This document shows positions 21,710-32,694 of a DNA stretch of 64,000 nucleotides, one piece after another; position 1 is the stretch's first letter; every line of letters starts with the position of its first letter. The position numbers and the translations under genes are program-made. Below the pieces are notes generated by a model. That model saw only the letters and a program-made list of their open reading frames with translations. It made no database searches and was not told the DNA's origin. Source of the DNA: Burkholderiales bacterium (GTDB lineage Bacteria > Pseudomonadota > Gammaproteobacteria > Burkholderiales > SHXO01); NCBI GenBank assembly GCA_035499005.1, contig DATJZQ010000009.1:5792-69791 (forward strand). Reading direction: 5' to 3'.

Positions 21710-22620
21710 CGCGGGTCAAGGCGGCGACGTCCGGCCCAATCGCGCGCGAACTGCGAGGCCACACGGCCGCTGCGCGAGCCGCGCTGCAACGCCCACTGAA
21801 TCGCTTCCTGGCGCGCAGCTTCCGCGTCGGGCGGTGCAACGCCGTGCTGACCGAGCCAGTAGCGTACGATCGACAAGTACTCGTCCTGATCGAACGGATA
21901 GAACGACACCCACAGGCCGAATCGCTCGGACAGCGAGATCTTTTCCTCCACGCTCTCGCCGGGATGGATCTCGTCGCCCAGATATTTGGTTTCCAGGTTC
22001 TCGCGCATGTACTCGGGCATGAGATGGCGCCGGTTGGAGGTCGCGTAGATCAGGACGTTGTCCGGTGTCGCCGACACGGAGCCGTCGAGGACGGCTTTCA
22101 ACGAGGTGTAGCCTGGCTCGTCGGCGCCGAACGACAGATCGTCGCAGAACAGGATGAACCGGAACCGCAGCCCGGCCAGCGGTTCGATGATATCGGGCAG
22201 GTCCATGAGATCGTGCTTTTCCACCTCGATCAACCGTAGCCCCGCACCTGTGTACTGATTGAGCAACGCCTTGACCAGCGACGACTTGCCCGTCCCGCGA
22301 GCACCGGTTAGCAATACGTTGTTGGCCATCAGACCCTGCACGAACTGCAAGGTGTTCCGCTCCACCAGGGCTTTCTGTCGATCTATTCCTTGCAGGTCCT
22401 GGAGGCGGATCTGATGCAACTGCGTCACCGGTTGAAAGTGCCCACGGGCGTTGCGCCTTCGCCACCGGAAGGCCGTGTGCCCAGCAAAGTCGGGCAGTTC
22501 GGCGTCGGGCGACAGCCATTCCTCGATGCGCTTTATCAACGCCTCCGCGCGCAGTAAGAACTTGCTGAACTCGTCCTCAGCTGGGTGCGGCTCTGCTCGC
22601 CGCGCTTCACGCTTTGACAT
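21706..22620 (-). CDS. AAA-type ATP-binding protein, DUF815 family
   Basis: Walker A LLTGARGTGKSSLVKAL, Walker B FILFCDDLSF, and ATSNRRHLMPE, as in DUF815 proteins. Confidence 0.85.
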   Translation of the reverse strand: MSKREARRAEPHPAEDEFSKFLLRAEALIKRIEEWLSPDAELPDFAGHTAFRWRRRNARGHFQPVTQLHQIRLQDLQGIDRQKALVERNTLQFVQGLMANNVLLTGARGTGKSSLVKALLNQYTGAGLRLIEVEKHDLMDLPDIIEPLAGLRFRFILFCDDLSFGADEPGYTSLKAVLDGSVSATPDNVLIYATSNRRHLMPEYMRENLETKYLGDEIHPGESVEEKISLSERFGLWVSFYPFDQDEYLSIVRYWLGQHGVAPPDAEAARQEAIQWALQRGSRSGRVASQFARDWAGRRRLDPR

Positions 22621-22646
22621 CGGCAGGCGAATCGCTGGACTGCGAC

Positions 22647-23876
22647 TTAGGTTCTGTAATCCGCGTTGATGCGGACATAATCGTGAGACAGGTCACACGT
22701 CCACACAGTGGCCTGCTCGGTTCCGCGGTTGAGCACAACGCGCACTGTGATCTCGCTCCGCTGCATGACGCGTTTGCCGTCGGCCTCGCGGTATTCTGTG
22801 TGCCTGGCACCACCCCGGGCAACCAGCACTTCGTCGAGGTAGAGGTCGACGCGCCCCACTTCGAGGTGCGCGACCCCCGCATATCCGATCGCTGCCAGTA
22901 TGCGTCCGAGATTCGGGTCACAGGCGAAGAACGCCGTCTTCACGAGGGGTGAATGCGCGATGGCAAACCCTACCAGGCGGCACTCGGCTTGAGTAGCGCC
23001 ACCCTCCACACGCACAGCGATGAACTTCGTTGCACCCTCGCCATCGCGCACAATAGCTTGAGCGAGCTCGACTGCAACTTGAGTTAGAGCATCACGAAAT
23101 TGAAGAAAAGCGGGGCCGCTTGCATCGATCATCTCACCCGCTCGGCTGCGCCCGGTCGCCATCACCATGAAAGCGTCGTTCGTCGACGTGTCCCCATCCA
23201 CGGTGATCGCATTGAACGAGCGCTCCCCAGCGTAGCGCAAGGCCTCCTGCAAGAGCGCTCGGGGAAGGTTCGCGTCGGTGGCAACGAAGGCCAACATGGT
23301 CGCCATGTCCGGATGAATCATCCCAGCACCTTTGGCGATACCCGTAATGGTCACAGTCTCGCCGTCGATCTCGATCGCGCGTGATGAAGCCTTGGGAACC
23401 GTATCCGTCGTCATGATCGCCTGCGCCGCCGCGAGCCAGTTTGATGCGCCCAAGGCAGCCACGCAGTGAGGCAGCCCTGAGCAGATCCGATCAACCGGCA
23501 ACGCCTCCATGATCACACCGGTAGAGAAAGGCAGGACTTGCTGTGGGACCAGTCCAAGCAGGTGCGCGGTTTCGGCGCAGGTTTGCCGGGCATCGGCCAG
23601 CCCCCGTTCCCCCGTTCCCGCATTCGCGTTGCCGGTGTTGACAAGCAGCGCGCGGATGGGATCGGAATGCTCAAGATGCCGGCGGGCGATCTGCACCGGC
23701 GCCGCACAAAAACGGTTGCGCGTAAACAACCCGGCGACCTGCGTGTTTTCCCCCAGCACCATCAACAGCAGATCAGGGCGATCAGCCTTGCGAATTCCGG
23801 CAGCGGCAACGCCGAGCGAAACACCTGCTACCGGGCGGAGCCGATCAGCGTCGGGAGGCGCGAGATTGACTGCCAC
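22647..23876 (-). CDS. argJ: Bifunctional glutamate N-acetyltransferase / amino-acid acetyltransferase ArgJ
   Basis: 409 aa with the autoproteolysis-site region [18 protein letters not shown] and the C-terminal [16 protein letters not shown]. Confidence 0.95.
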   Translation of the reverse strand: MAVNLAPPDADRLRPVAGVSLGVAAAGIRKADRPDLLLMVLGENTQVAGLFTRNRFCAAPVQIARRHLEHSDPIRALLVNTGNANAGTGERGLADARQTCAETAHLLGLVPQQVLPFSTGVIMEALPVDRICSGLPHCVAALGASNWLAAAQAIMTTDTVPKASSRAIEIDGETVTITGIAKGAGMIHPDMATMLAFVATDANLPRALLQEALRYAGERSFNAITVDGDTSTNDAFMVMATGRSRAGEMIDASGPAFLQFRDALTQVAVELAQAIVRDGEGATKFIAVRVEGGATQAECRLVGFAIAHSPLVKTAFFACDPNLGRILAAIGYAGVAHLEVGRVDLYLDEVLVARGGARHTEYREADGKRVMQRSEITVRVVLNRGTEQATVWTCDLSHDYVRINADYRT

Positions 23877-23941
23877 AGATCTCCGGCGTTACGTGTCTTG
23901 AACTACCTGGGGTGAGAGTAAACCAGGACCGGTTCGGTACC

Positions 23942-26686
23942 TCACGCCGCGAGGCGCCCGTGGCACTGCTTGTACTTTCTTCCCGATCCGCATGGACAGG
24001 GATCGTTTCGACCCACCTTTACGCCTTGTCGCACGAAAGGCTGGGCCTTGGGCGCCGTAGCAACCTGCGTCTCCGATTCTGCTGCCTCGGCTTCTTCTTG
24101 TTCTCCCGGTTCGTAGTCCACGTGCTGATAGCGGACGTTCTTCAGTTCGACGGGTTCCTCGGCCGCCTCCACGTCCCGCTGACTGCGGATCTGGACCGTC
24201 ATCAGAATGCGCGTCACTTCGTTGCGTACCGAATCTAGCATCAACGCGAACAGCTCGAAGGCCTCTCGCTTGTATTCCTGCTTGGGATTCCGCTGTGCAT
24301 AGCCACGCAGGTGTATGCCCTGGCGCAGGTGGTCCAGCGCCGCCAAATGCTCGCGCCAATGGGTGTCCAAAGTCTGAAGCATCACACCACGCTCAAGGTG
24401 ATGCAGCTGTTCGCGCTCTACCTGATTCCACTTGTCGTCGTAGTAGCTGTGCGCCGCCTCTATCACTCGGCGGCGCAAGTCCTCTTCATCCAGCGACTCG
24501 TCGTCTTTGAGCCATTGCTGAATCGGAACCTGGAACGAAAGCTCTCCGTTCAACGCCTTCACCAGGCTCGGAATGTCCCACTGTTCCTCGACGCTGCCCG
24601 GAGGGAGGTACTGGCTGACCAGATCGTTCACGGTGCCTTCACGCATCGCGCGGATGGTGTCCGAGATGTCGCTGCTCTCGAGCAGCTCGTTGCGCTGCTG
24701 ATAGATCACGCGTCGCTGGTCGTTGGCAACATCATCGTACTCGAGCAGCTGCTTGCGGATGTCGAAGTTGCGTGCCTCGACCTTGCGCTGCGCGTTCTCG
24801 ATTGCACGCGTGACCCAGGGATGCTCTATGGCCTCGCCCTCCGGCATCTTGAGCCGGTCCATGATCGCAGCGACCCGGTCCGAGGCGAAGATGCGCAGGA
24901 GTGGGTCTTCCAAGGACAGGTAGAAGCGGCTGGAGCCCGGATCGCCCTGGCGTCCGGAACGGCCGCGCAGCTGATTGTCCACCCGACGAGATTCGTGGCG
25001 CTCAGTGCCGACGATATGCAGACCGCCCACAGAGACGACCTGTTCATGCAACCGCTGCCAACGCTCCCTCGCTTCCGCGATGCGCCTGGTCCTGGTCGAT
25101 TCGTCCAGTGACGCATCGGCCTTGATCTGATTGATCTCCGGGTCGGGATTGCCACCGAGCACGATGTCCGTACCGCGGCCGGCCATGTTTGTGGCGATCG
25201 TGACCATCTTCGGCTGGCCTGCCTGCACCACGATCTCGGCTTCGCGTGCGTGCTGCTTGGCGTTCAGTACTTGGTGCGGCAGCTTTTCCTTGGTGAGCAG
25301 CCCCGACAGCAGCTCGGAGTTCTCGATGGATGTGGTGCCAACGAGCACCGGCTGGCCGCGCTCGAAGCAGTCCTTGATGTCGTGGATTACGGCCTGATAG
25401 CGCTCCCGCGCGGTCTTGAACACCTGATCCATGCGATCGTCACGGATCATTTTCATGTGCGTGGGAATGACTACCGTCTCCAGGTTATAGATTTGCTGGA
25501 ACTCATACGCCTCCGTGTCGGCCGTGCCAGTCATCCCGGCGAGCTTCTTGTACATGCGGAAATAGTTCTGGAACGTGATGGAGGCAAGGGTCTGGTTCTC
25601 GCGCTGGATCTTCACGCCCTCCTTCGCTTCAACCGCCTGATGCAGCCCGTCCGACCAGCGGCGCCCGGGCATAAGCCGGCCGGTGAACTCATCGACTATG
25701 ATGATTTCGTCGTTCTGTGCCACGTAGTGCTGGTCGCGGTGGTAGAGATGGTGCGCCCGCAAAGCGGCGTACAGGTGATGCATCAGCGTGATATTTGCGG
25801 CGTCATACAGACTGCTGCCTTCGGGCAGGAGGCCAGCGCGGGTCAGCATTTCTTCGGCGTGTTCGTGTCCGGCCTCGGTCAGCAGCACCTGGTGCGCTTT
25901 TTCGTCCACGCTGAAATCGCCGGGGCCGTTCTCCTGCGCCTGTCGCGTGAGCTTGGGCACAAGAGCGTCGATCTTGTAGTACAGGTCCGTGGTGTCGTCG
26001 GCCTGCCCGGAAATGATCAGCGGCGTGCGCGCCTCATCGATCAGGATCGAATCCACCTCGTCGACGATGGCATAGGTGAGTTTGCGCTGAACTCGGTCCG
26101 CAACTTGGTAGACCATGTTGTCGCGCAGATAGTCAAAGCCAAACTCGTTGTTGGTGCCGTAGGTGATGTCGGCTGCGTAGGCTTGCTGTTTGCTGGCGTG
26201 ATCCATCTGGGACAGATTCACGCCCACGCTCAGGCCGAGAAAGCCGTAAATATTGCCCATCCAGGCGGCGTCGCGGCTGGCCAGATAGTCGTTCACGGTG
26301 ACAACGTGAACCCCTGTGCCGGCCAGCGCATTCAAGTACGCCGGAAGCGTCGCCACCAGTGTCTTGCCCTCGCCAGTGCGCATCTCGGCGATCTTGCCGT
26401 AGTGCAGAGCCATGCCACCGATGAGCTGCACGTCGAAGTGGCGCATGTTCAGCGTGCGCCTACCCGCCTCCCGTACTACGGCGAATGCTTCGGGCAGGAT
26501 CTGATCGAGCGTCTCGCTGTTGGCCAGGCGCTGCTTGAGCTCGTCGGTCTTGGCGCGCAGCTCAGCATCGCTTAGGGCTTCGATGCGCGGTTCCAGGGCG
26601 CTGATGGCCCGGACCGTGTGCATGTATCTCTTGATCAACCGCTCGTTGCGGCTGCCAAAGATCTTTCTGAGCAAGGTGGCTATCAT
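23942..26686 (-). CDS. secA: Preprotein translocase ATPase SecA
   Basis: [21 protein letters not shown]..., DEAD motor ([32 protein letters not shown]), and a C-terminal zinc-binding tail [17 protein letters not shown] at 26686; the track ORF is extended by 33 aa. Confidence 0.97.
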   Translation of the reverse strand: MIATLLRKIFGSRNERLIKRYMHTVRAISALEPRIEALSDAELRAKTDELKQRLANSETLDQILPEAFAVVREAGRRTLNMRHFDVQLIGGMALHYGKIAEMRTGEGKTLVATLPAYLNALAGTGVHVVTVNDYLASRDAAWMGNIYGFLGLSVGVNLSQMDHASKQQAYAADITYGTNNEFGFDYLRDNMVYQVADRVQRKLTYAIVDEVDSILIDEARTPLIISGQADDTTDLYYKIDALVPKLTRQAQENGPGDFSVDEKAHQVLLTEAGHEHAEEMLTRAGLLPEGSSLYDAANITLMHHLYAALRAHHLYHRDQHYVAQNDEIIIVDEFTGRLMPGRRWSDGLHQAVEAKEGVKIQRENQTLASITFQNYFRMYKKLAGMTGTADTEAYEFQQIYNLETVVIPTHMKMIRDDRMDQVFKTARERYQAVIHDIKDCFERGQPVLVGTTSIENSELLSGLLTKEKLPHQVLNAKQHAREAEIVVQAGQPKMVTIATNMAGRGTDIVLGGNPDPEINQIKADASLDESTRTRRIAEARERWQRLHEQVVSVGGLHIVGTERHESRRVDNQLRGRSGRQGDPGSSRFYLSLEDPLLRIFASDRVAAIMDRLKMPEGEAIEHPWVTRAIENAQRKVEARNFDIRKQLLEYDDVANDQRRVIYQQRNELLESSDISDTIRAMREGTVNDLVSQYLPPGSVEEQWDIPSLVKALNGELSFQVPIQQWLKDDESLDEEDLRRRVIEAAHSYYDDKWNQVEREQLHHLERGVMLQTLDTHWREHLAALDHLRQGIHLRGYAQRNPKQEYKREAFELFALMLDSVRNEVTRILMTVQIRSQRDVEAAEEPVELKNVRYQHVDYEPGEQEEAEAAESETQVATAPKAQPFVRQGVKVGRNDPCPCGSGRKYKQCHGRLAA

Positions 26687-26743
26687 CGCTTGTGCGTGAG
26701 TCGGGCTCCGTGTCGACGCATCGTGAGTTGCGGCCCGGACGCA

Positions 26744-26790
26744 CAAAAAGCAAGAGGGGCGAGAGGCCTTGCCGAGGCCTCTCACCCCTC
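26744..26790 (-). terminator. Rho-independent terminator between the M23 peptidase gene and secA
   Basis: 16-bp stem gaggggcgagaggcct (26754-26769) / aggcctctcacccctc (26775-26790) with one mismatch and a 5-nt loop. On the minus strand it is followed by TTGCTTTTTGTG. Confidence 0.7.
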
Positions 26791-26810
26791 ACGCGGCATT
26801 CTTTGCGGCG

Positions 26811-27743
26811 TTAGCCGGGCATCCGCAGGAAGCGCGCGGGGTTCTGCGCTACTCCCCTGTGACGCACCTCGAAGTGCAGGTGGGCCCCTGTGGACCGGCC
26901 CGTATTGCCGACCTCCGCGATGCGGCCTCCGCGGAGCACCACGTCGCCCACTTTGACTAGCAGCTTCGAGGTGTGGGCGTAGCGCGTCACCAGGTCGTTG
27001 CCGTGATCAATCTCAATCATATTACCATACTGCGGGTGAACCCCCGCGAAGATGACCACGCCCCCGGCAGCGGCCAGAACCGGTGTGCCTTCCTCCGCCA
27101 TGAAATCGACCCCCTCGTGGAACGCGTTCAATCCGGTAAAAGGGTCGATGCGCCAGCCAAAATTCGAGGAGTAGAAGCCGCCTTCGGTCGGCATGCCACT
27201 AGGCATCAGCTGACGTTTGGCACTGTCCTCGGTAAGCATGGACTCGAGCACACGCAGCTTGTCGGTGCGATCCTCCAAATCCTTTGACAGCTTGTCCAGG
27301 GTGATGCCGAGATCCTTCATCGACAACTCAGTGCTGGGCAAGCTGGACTCAGCCCCGCCACGCCCGGGCACACGGTCGAACATGAAGTCCTGCGGCTTGA
27401 GTCGCGCGACCTTGGTCAAGCGCTCTCCCAGAGCATCCACGCGCAGCAGGCGTGCTTGTAGTTCGCCCACTTTGGAAGCCATTGTGTTGAGGCTGTCGCG
27501 CAAATAGGTCTGCATGCGCTCGTTTTCCTGGGCCTGAAGGCTCACGAGCAAAGAGCGCAGGTAGGGACTGTCGTTGACGATTGCGTAGCGCAGCGAGAAA
27601 TAGTGGAGAAGAACGGCAAGAGAGATAATCGCGAGAAATGCACCCATCATCAGCATAGACAATTGCGGCGCACCAAGCGTGAACGTTCGCGCCTTCGATG
27701 ATGAGCTGGAAACTAGAATGATGTTCACGTTTCCCCCTGACAC
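26811..27743 (-). CDS. M23-family metallopeptidase (murein DD-endopeptidase-like)
   Basis: N-terminal TM segment, a coiled-coil region, and a LytM domain with HEGVDF...YGNMIEIDHGNDLVTRYAH...GRSTGAHLHFEV. Confidence 0.9.
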   Translation of the reverse strand: MSGGNVNIILVSSSSSKARTFTLGAPQLSMLMMGAFLAIISLAVLLHYFSLRYAIVNDSPYLRSLLVSLQAQENERMQTYLRDSLNTMASKVGELQARLLRVDALGERLTKVARLKPQDFMFDRVPGRGGAESSLPSTELSMKDLGITLDKLSKDLEDRTDKLRVLESMLTEDSAKRQLMPSGMPTEGGFYSSNFGWRIDPFTGLNAFHEGVDFMAEEGTPVLAAAGGVVIFAGVHPQYGNMIEIDHGNDLVTRYAHTSKLLVKVGDVVLRGGRIAEVGNTGRSTGAHLHFEVRHRGVAQNPARFLRMPG

Positions 27744-27758
27744 GCCTGGATTGTCCCT

Positions 27759-28319
27759 GTGAACAGCCCAGTTATCGGCTCCCTGCTTTGCTCCTTGAGG
27801 GAGCTACAAGCAAGTCTTGTGCAGGTGAAGCACCTTATCGCGCTGCAGCAGATCTATGCCGGGGCGGTTCCCTGGGATTTGGCCAAGAAGAGCAGAGTGG
27901 CCTATGAGCGATCGGGAGCCGTGGTGGTCATCGCAGACACCAGCGCGGTCGCAACCAAGCTGAAGCAACTCGCGCCCCGAATTGTTGACAAGATTGTTAA
28001 ATTCGCACCGGAGGTTACTTCAATCCAACTCGAAGTGCAAGTGACGCGGGAGAACGACGGAGGGCTCAGGCGACTGCCTCGGATTGGACCGCGCGGGCGT
28101 TCCAGTTGGTCGGAGCTACGCGATGCGTTGCCGCCATCCCCCTTGCGCAACGCCGTAGCGACGCTGCTGCAACGCGGTAGCGGATCAGGCGACGAGCACC
28201 AACCGTTCGACGGCGAGGAACGAGAGGACGATCAACAGCAGGATCGAACCATACTTCAAGATCTGCCAGCTGAAGCGAAGCCAGCGCCGGTCCTGGGTGA
28301 CAAGATAAACAGCCAGTGA
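27759..28319 (+). CDS. DUF721 / DciA-like protein
   Basis: The pattern IGSLL...LQQIYAGAVPWDLAKKSRVAYERSGAVVVIADTSAVATKLKQLAPRIV matches my recollection of DUF721, as does the position between lpxC and secA. The 3' boundary is uncertain: the acidic, low-complexity tail overlaps a convergent small ORF. Confidence 0.65.
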   Translation: MNSPVIGSLLCSLRELQASLVQVKHLIALQQIYAGAVPWDLAKKSRVAYERSGAVVVIADTSAVATKLKQLAPRIVDKIVKFAPEVTSIQLEVQVTRENDGGLRRLPRIGPRGRSSWSELRDALPPSPLRNAVATLLQRGSGSGDEHQPFDGEEREDDQQQDRTILQDLPAEAKPAPVLGDKINSQ

Positions 28320-28376
28320 CGCGCCGACCGCGATCAGAGCCAGAAAACCGGCGAGCCGAAAGACGACGCCTGTCAT
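28185..28376 (-). CDS. Hypothetical 63-aa protein with two predicted TM helices, immediately downstream of lpxC
   Basis: MTGVVFRLAGFLALIAVGASLAVYLVTQDRRWLRFSWQILKYGSILLLIVLSFLAVERLVLVA. A hand count of third-position G+C gives about 78%, versus about 59% for the overlapping plus-strand frame. The Shine-Dalgarno is weak (GCGGA). Confidence 0.4.
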   Translation of the reverse strand: MTGVVFRLAGFLALIAVGASLAVYLVTQDRRWLRFSWQILKYGSILLLIVLSFLAVERLVLVA

Positions 28377-28434
28377 TCCGCACCGCGAAGAAGCGACTCG
28401 TTACCGCTGACGCCAGGAGCTACTCTGGTCCGCC

Positions 28435-29346
28435 TCAGGCGTATTGCAACTGCGCATTGAGGAACGCCGGCGCTTCCTCCTGGTTCTCGAAGCTCACCAG
28501 CTCCCAGGCAGGCTTTTTCGCGAGCACAGCGCGCGCCAGCTTGTTGTTGAGCGCGTGTCCCGACTTGTGCGCGCTGAACGCGCCTATCACAGGATGGCCA
28601 AGCAGGTAGAGGTCGCCCATCGCGTCCAACACCTTGTGCTTGACGAACTCGTCCTCATAACGCAGACCATCCGCGTTCAGCACTCGGAATTCGTCCATCA
28701 CGACAGCGTTGTCTAGACTCCCGCCCAAACCCAGTCCCTGGGCGCGCATCGTCTCGACATCCTGCATGAACCCGAAGGTTCGAGCCCGCGCAATCTCCTT
28801 GACATAGGAGGTGGTGGCAAAGTCGACTTGGATCCGCTGACTCGCCTGCTGGAAGACCGGGTGACGGAATGCGATGCTGAAATCCATGCGAAAGCCAACA
28901 TGGGGTTCGAACCGCGCCCACTTGTCTCCATCCCTGACTTCGACCGTCTCGAGCATGCGGATGAAGCGTTTCGGAGCGCTCTGCTCTTCGATCCCAGCCG
29001 ATTGGATGAGGAACACAAAGGGTCCTGCGCTGCCGTCCATGATCGGAACCTCGCCGGCCGTCACGTCGACATAAGCGTTGTCCACTCCCAGACCGGAAAA
29101 AGCCGACATGAGATGCTCGACGGTTGCAACCCGGACGCCATCGCGCTCCAAGCAACAGGAGAGTCGGGTATCGCCCACGCACAACGCATTGGCAGGGATG
29201 TCAACCGGCTGCGTCAGATCGGTGCGTCTGAACACGATGCCGGTGTCGACGGCTGCCGGACGCAGACTTAAGTACACCTTCTGGCCGGTATGCAGGCCCA
29301 CGCCGGTAGCGCGAACGACGTTTTTCAATGTGCGCTGACGAATCAT
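28435..29346 (-). CDS. lpxC: UDP-3-O-acyl-N-acetylglucosamine deacetylase LpxC
   Basis: [31 protein letters not shown]..., [27 protein letters not shown]. Confidence 0.97.
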   Translation of the reverse strand: MIRQRTLKNVVRATGVGLHTGQKVYLSLRPAAVDTGIVFRRTDLTQPVDIPANALCVGDTRLSCCLERDGVRVATVEHLMSAFSGLGVDNAYVDVTAGEVPIMDGSAGPFVFLIQSAGIEEQSAPKRFIRMLETVEVRDGDKWARFEPHVGFRMDFSIAFRHPVFQQASQRIQVDFATTSYVKEIARARTFGFMQDVETMRAQGLGLGGSLDNAVVMDEFRVLNADGLRYEDEFVKHKVLDAMGDLYLLGHPVIGAFSAHKSGHALNNKLARAVLAKKPAWELVSFENQEEAPAFLNAQLQYA

Positions 29347-29481
29347 GGGCCCGGCTTAGAACTCGAAGCTAAGGGATTGATTTGTAAGTATACACATTTT
29401 AGCAGTCTCTGCGCAACTCACGTCCATTGTTGTGCCGCAGCAGGTTACAAGCAAGACCTTGGCTGCTACAGCGGTAACCGT

Positions 29482-30642
29482 CTAGTCCGCCTGCTTGCGC
29501 AGGAACGCCGGAATATCCAGCAATTCGACGCCGGACTGGCGCATCGCCTCGACCGTAGATTCCCGGTTTCTGCGCCGCATGACGGCCGGGGCTTCGAGCT
29601 GGCCGTAGTCCACGACCTGAGCGGCCACGCTGAGATCCGTGCCCGTCTTGACCACCGTCAACGGCTTCGGCTGAGTGCGGCTCGCTGCACCTCCCCCCAG
29701 TCCGGTAGCCACAACTGTGACACGCAGATTGTCCGCCATCTCCTCGTCGATCACCGTTCCGACGATTACGGTGGCATCCTCGGCAGTGAAGCCGCGAACC
29801 GTTGTCATTACGTCATTCACCTCCTTCATCTTTAGGCTGGCGCTCGCGGTGATGTTGACGAGGACTCCGCGTGCACCGGCGAGGTTGACATCTTCCAGCA
29901 GCGGGCTCGCCACCGCTTGCTGCGCGGCCGCGGTCGCACGCTGTGCACCTGCGGCGATAGCCGAACCCATCATGGCCATTCCCATCTCCGACATCACTGT
30001 CCGCACGTCGGCGAAATCCACATTGATCATGCCAGGGCAGTTGATGACCTCCGCGATACCGGCTACAGCGCCGTGCAGCACTCCGTTCGCAGCTTTGAAA
30101 GCGTCGAGCATGCTGACCTCCTCGCCCAGTACCTGCATGAGCTTCTCGTTCGGGATCACGATGAGTGAGTCCACGTGCTTGGTCAGCGCTTCCAGCCCAT
30201 CCTGGGCGACACGCAAACGCTTGCCCTCGAACGCGAAAGGTTTGGTGACCACTGCGACGGTGAGAATTCCAAGCTCACGCGCAACCTCCGCCACCACCGG
30301 GGCCGCTCCAGTGCCAGTCCCCCCGCCCATGCCGGCAGTCAGAAACAGCATGTCAGCACCCTCGATCAATTCGATGATCCGTTCCCGATCCTCGACCGCT
30401 GCCTGCCGCCCAACCTCCGGATTGGCGCCGGCGCCCAGTCCCTTTGTGACACTCGCCCCCAGCTGAAGCAGCGTCTTGGCCCGGTTGCGGGAGAGCGCCT
30501 GCGCATCGGTGTTTGCGCAGACGAATTCAACGCCCTCGACACCCATCGCGATCATATGATCGACGGCGTTACCGCCGCAGCCGCCTACGCCCACGACCTT
30601 GATGACTGCCTCTTGCGGAACTGCATCCACGAGCTCGAACAT
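29482..30642 (-). CDS. ftsZ: Cell division protein FtsZ
   Basis: MFELVD...IKVVGVGGCGGNAV, GGGTGTGAAPVVA, and the C-terminal LDIPAFLRKQAD. I prefer the ATG at 30642. Confidence 0.97.
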   Translation of the reverse strand: MFELVDAVPQEAVIKVVGVGGCGGNAVDHMIAMGVEGVEFVCANTDAQALSRNRAKTLLQLGASVTKGLGAGANPEVGRQAAVEDRERIIELIEGADMLFLTAGMGGGTGTGAAPVVAEVARELGILTVAVVTKPFAFEGKRLRVAQDGLEALTKHVDSLIVIPNEKLMQVLGEEVSMLDAFKAANGVLHGAVAGIAEVINCPGMINVDFADVRTVMSEMGMAMMGSAIAAGAQRATAAAQQAVASPLLEDVNLAGARGVLVNITASASLKMKEVNDVMTTVRGFTAEDATVIVGTVIDEEMADNLRVTVVATGLGGGAASRTQPKPLTVVKTGTDLSVAAQVVDYGQLEAPAVMRRRNRESTVEAMRQSGVELLDIPAFLRKQAD

Positions 30643-30725
30643 GCCTGTCTCCTCTTCGATCATATGAATGGAACCAACTCCGTTTGCCTAGATCCGATCA
30701 ATTGCCTCAGCGCTGGCGTGCCCAT

Positions 30726-31964
30726 CTAGAAATTCCCCTGCACCCAAGTCCTCATCCTCTGGAATACATGCCTGAAGGACGCGCTGTGCATGCGCACGAT
30801 CTGCTCGCGCTGATGCACTGACAGCCCAGCGACGAGCAACCCGACTACCGTGGAGTAGCGCGGATTGCGCACGACCTCGGCGAGTGTCCCCGCATAGTTG
30901 GGCGTCCCCACGCGCACGGGCATGTGGAAGATCTCTTCGCCCAGCTCCACCATCCCCTGCATTACGCTGCTGCCACCAGTGATGACGATGCCCGAAGACA
31001 GCAGCTCTTCGAAGCCGCTGCGCCGCAGCTCCGCCTGGATCAATGAATACAACTCCTCGACACGCGGCTCGATGACCTCCGCCAGGGTCTGACGCGAGAG
31101 CTGACGGGAGGCGCGCTCTCCCACGCCCGGTACTTCGACCGTCTGATTGGGGTCGGCGAGCTCGCGAAGCGCGCACCCGAAGCGATTCTTCACTTCCTCG
31201 GCGTCTTTAGTAGGCGTGCGCAGCGCCATGGCGATGTCGTTGGTAATCTGATCGCCGGCGATCGGAATCACGGCGGTGTGACGGATCGCTCCCTGCGTAA
31301 ACACGGCAACGTCGGTGGTGCCACCGCCGATGTCAACCAGGCAAACCCCCAGGTCCTTTTCATCCTCCGATAGCACAGCCATGGCTGAAGCGAGCGGCTG
31401 GAGGATCAAGTCCTGCACCTCCAAGCCGCAACGGCGCACGCACTTCATGATGTTCTGCGCGGCGGACACGGCCCCGGTCACGATATGCACCTTCACTTCC
31501 AGCCGCACGCCGTTCATGCCGAGCGGTTCGCGGACGTCCTCCTGCCCATCGATGATGAACTCCTGGTTGAGGGTGTGCAGAATCTGCTGGTCGGTTGGAA
31601 TGTTGACCGCCTTGGCTGTTTCGATTACTCGGTCGACATCGAGCTGGCCGACTTCGCGCTCCTTGATCGCGACCATGCCGTGCGAGTTAAAGCTCTTGAT
31701 GTGGCTGCCCGCGATGCCGGTGAACACTTCGCGAATCTTGCAGTCCGCCATCAGCTCTGCCTCCTCCAGTGCGCGCTGGATGGCGTTGACGGTAGATTCG
31801 ATGTTGACTACGACGCCTTTCTTCAGTCCGCGCGAGCGGTGGCTGCCGTAGCCGATGATGTCGAAGCCTCCCTCGGGTTTGATCTCCGCCACCATGGCGA
31901 CGATCTTGGAGGTCCCGATGTCGAGGCCGACAATGAGATCGCTGCTGTCCTTGGGTTTGTTCAT
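30726..31964 (-). CDS. ftsA: Cell division protein FtsA
   Basis: LIVGLDIGTSKIVAMVAEI, VDIGGGTTDVAVF. ATG at 31964 (MNKPKDSS); the track ORF is extended. Confidence 0.96.
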   Translation of the reverse strand: MNKPKDSSDLIVGLDIGTSKIVAMVAEIKPEGGFDIIGYGSHRSRGLKKGVVVNIESTVNAIQRALEEAELMADCKIREVFTGIAGSHIKSFNSHGMVAIKEREVGQLDVDRVIETAKAVNIPTDQQILHTLNQEFIIDGQEDVREPLGMNGVRLEVKVHIVTGAVSAAQNIMKCVRRCGLEVQDLILQPLASAMAVLSEDEKDLGVCLVDIGGGTTDVAVFTQGAIRHTAVIPIAGDQITNDIAMALRTPTKDAEEVKNRFGCALRELADPNQTVEVPGVGERASRQLSRQTLAEVIEPRVEELYSLIQAELRRSGFEELLSSGIVITGGSSVMQGMVELGEEIFHMPVRVGTPNYAGTLAEVVRNPRYSTVVGLLVAGLSVHQREQIVRMHSASFRHVFQRMRTWVQGNF

Positions 31965-31980
31965 TGGTTGTTTGCGTTCC

Positions 31981-32694
31981 TCATGCACCAGGCGTGTGTG
32001 GCGCGCCGTTGTGGACGGCAAAACCGTTGGAATATCTCAGATCGATGCGTTGTGGCTGCCCCGCCAGACGCTCCAAAGCGCGCGGGTAGGCGGCCACGAG
32101 CCGCCGCAGCTTTTCTTCTATCTGCCCGCGCCCCAGCTCCAGCACGGTTCCATCGTCGAGCTTGAGCTGCCAAGCCCTCCGCTCGGACAGCAGCACCTGG
32201 ACAGGACGTTTACCAAGCGGCTGCAACAAGCTACTGAACATCAGATAGCGCCGAGTCACCTCGGCAGCAGTTTCATCGGGCGCGCCAAACACTGGAAGAG
32301 CTTCGTTCGTGGCCGCCTCGAACAGCTCACCGTAGGTGTTGACCAGCGCGTCCTCGCGCCAGCGCGCGAGTGCGACATGCTCCTCGATCTGGATCTCCAG
32401 GCGGTCAGGCCATTCGCGCCGCACGAGCACATGTCTCACCCACGGCAGCTTCTGCAGACTGCGTCGTGCAGCCTCCAGGTCGAGTGTGAAGAAATTGCCC
32501 TGCAGCCGCCCATCGATGACGGCGCGCACCTGCTCCGGCGTGGTATGCGCAATTCGCCCGCTGACTTGCATTTCCCGCAAAGGGAAGATCGGCAGGCGCA
32601 CAATGGCGATGAGCGCCCAGTAAACAAGGAGCAGCGCAGCTATCCCGTACAGGCCTGTGGCCAAACGGTTCAGATGTCGATGGTTATCCCACAT
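31981..32694 (-). CDS. ftsQ: Cell division protein FtsQ
   Basis: [28 protein letters not shown] (TM segment), followed by POTRA and FtsQ domains. I prefer the Met at 32694, which overlaps the ddl stop by 11 nt. Confidence 0.9.
   Translation of the reverse strand: MWDNHRHLNRLATGLYGIAALLLVYWALIAIVRLPIFPLREMQVSGRIAHTTPEQVRAVIDGRLQGNFFTLDLEAARRSLQKLPWVRHVLVRREWPDRLEIQIEEHVALARWREDALVNTYGELFEAATNEALPVFGAPDETAAEVTRRYLMFSSLLQPLGKRPVQVLLSERRAWQLKLDDGTVLELGRGQIEEKLRRLVAAYPRALERLAGQPQRIDLRYSNGFAVHNGAPHTPGA

Noticed and set aside
23877-23941. Short hairpin (cctgg-12 nt-ccagg) between secA and argJ as a terminator
   Set aside because: The stem is only 5 bp, the loop is large and no T tract follows. It is more likely an incidental spacer within a secA-argJ transcript.
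25250-26575. 441-aa plus-strand ORF opposite secA, with similar long antisense ORFs opposite pilB (15764-16798), the hydrolase (10263-11330), murD (38608-39741), ftsA/ftsQ (31485-32889), ffh (11885-12775) and ftsW (37769-38611)
   Set aside because: Each lies entirely inside a strongly supported gene on the other strand and has shadow-ORF composition. None has a motif I recognise. I treat them as artefacts of GC-rich codon structure.
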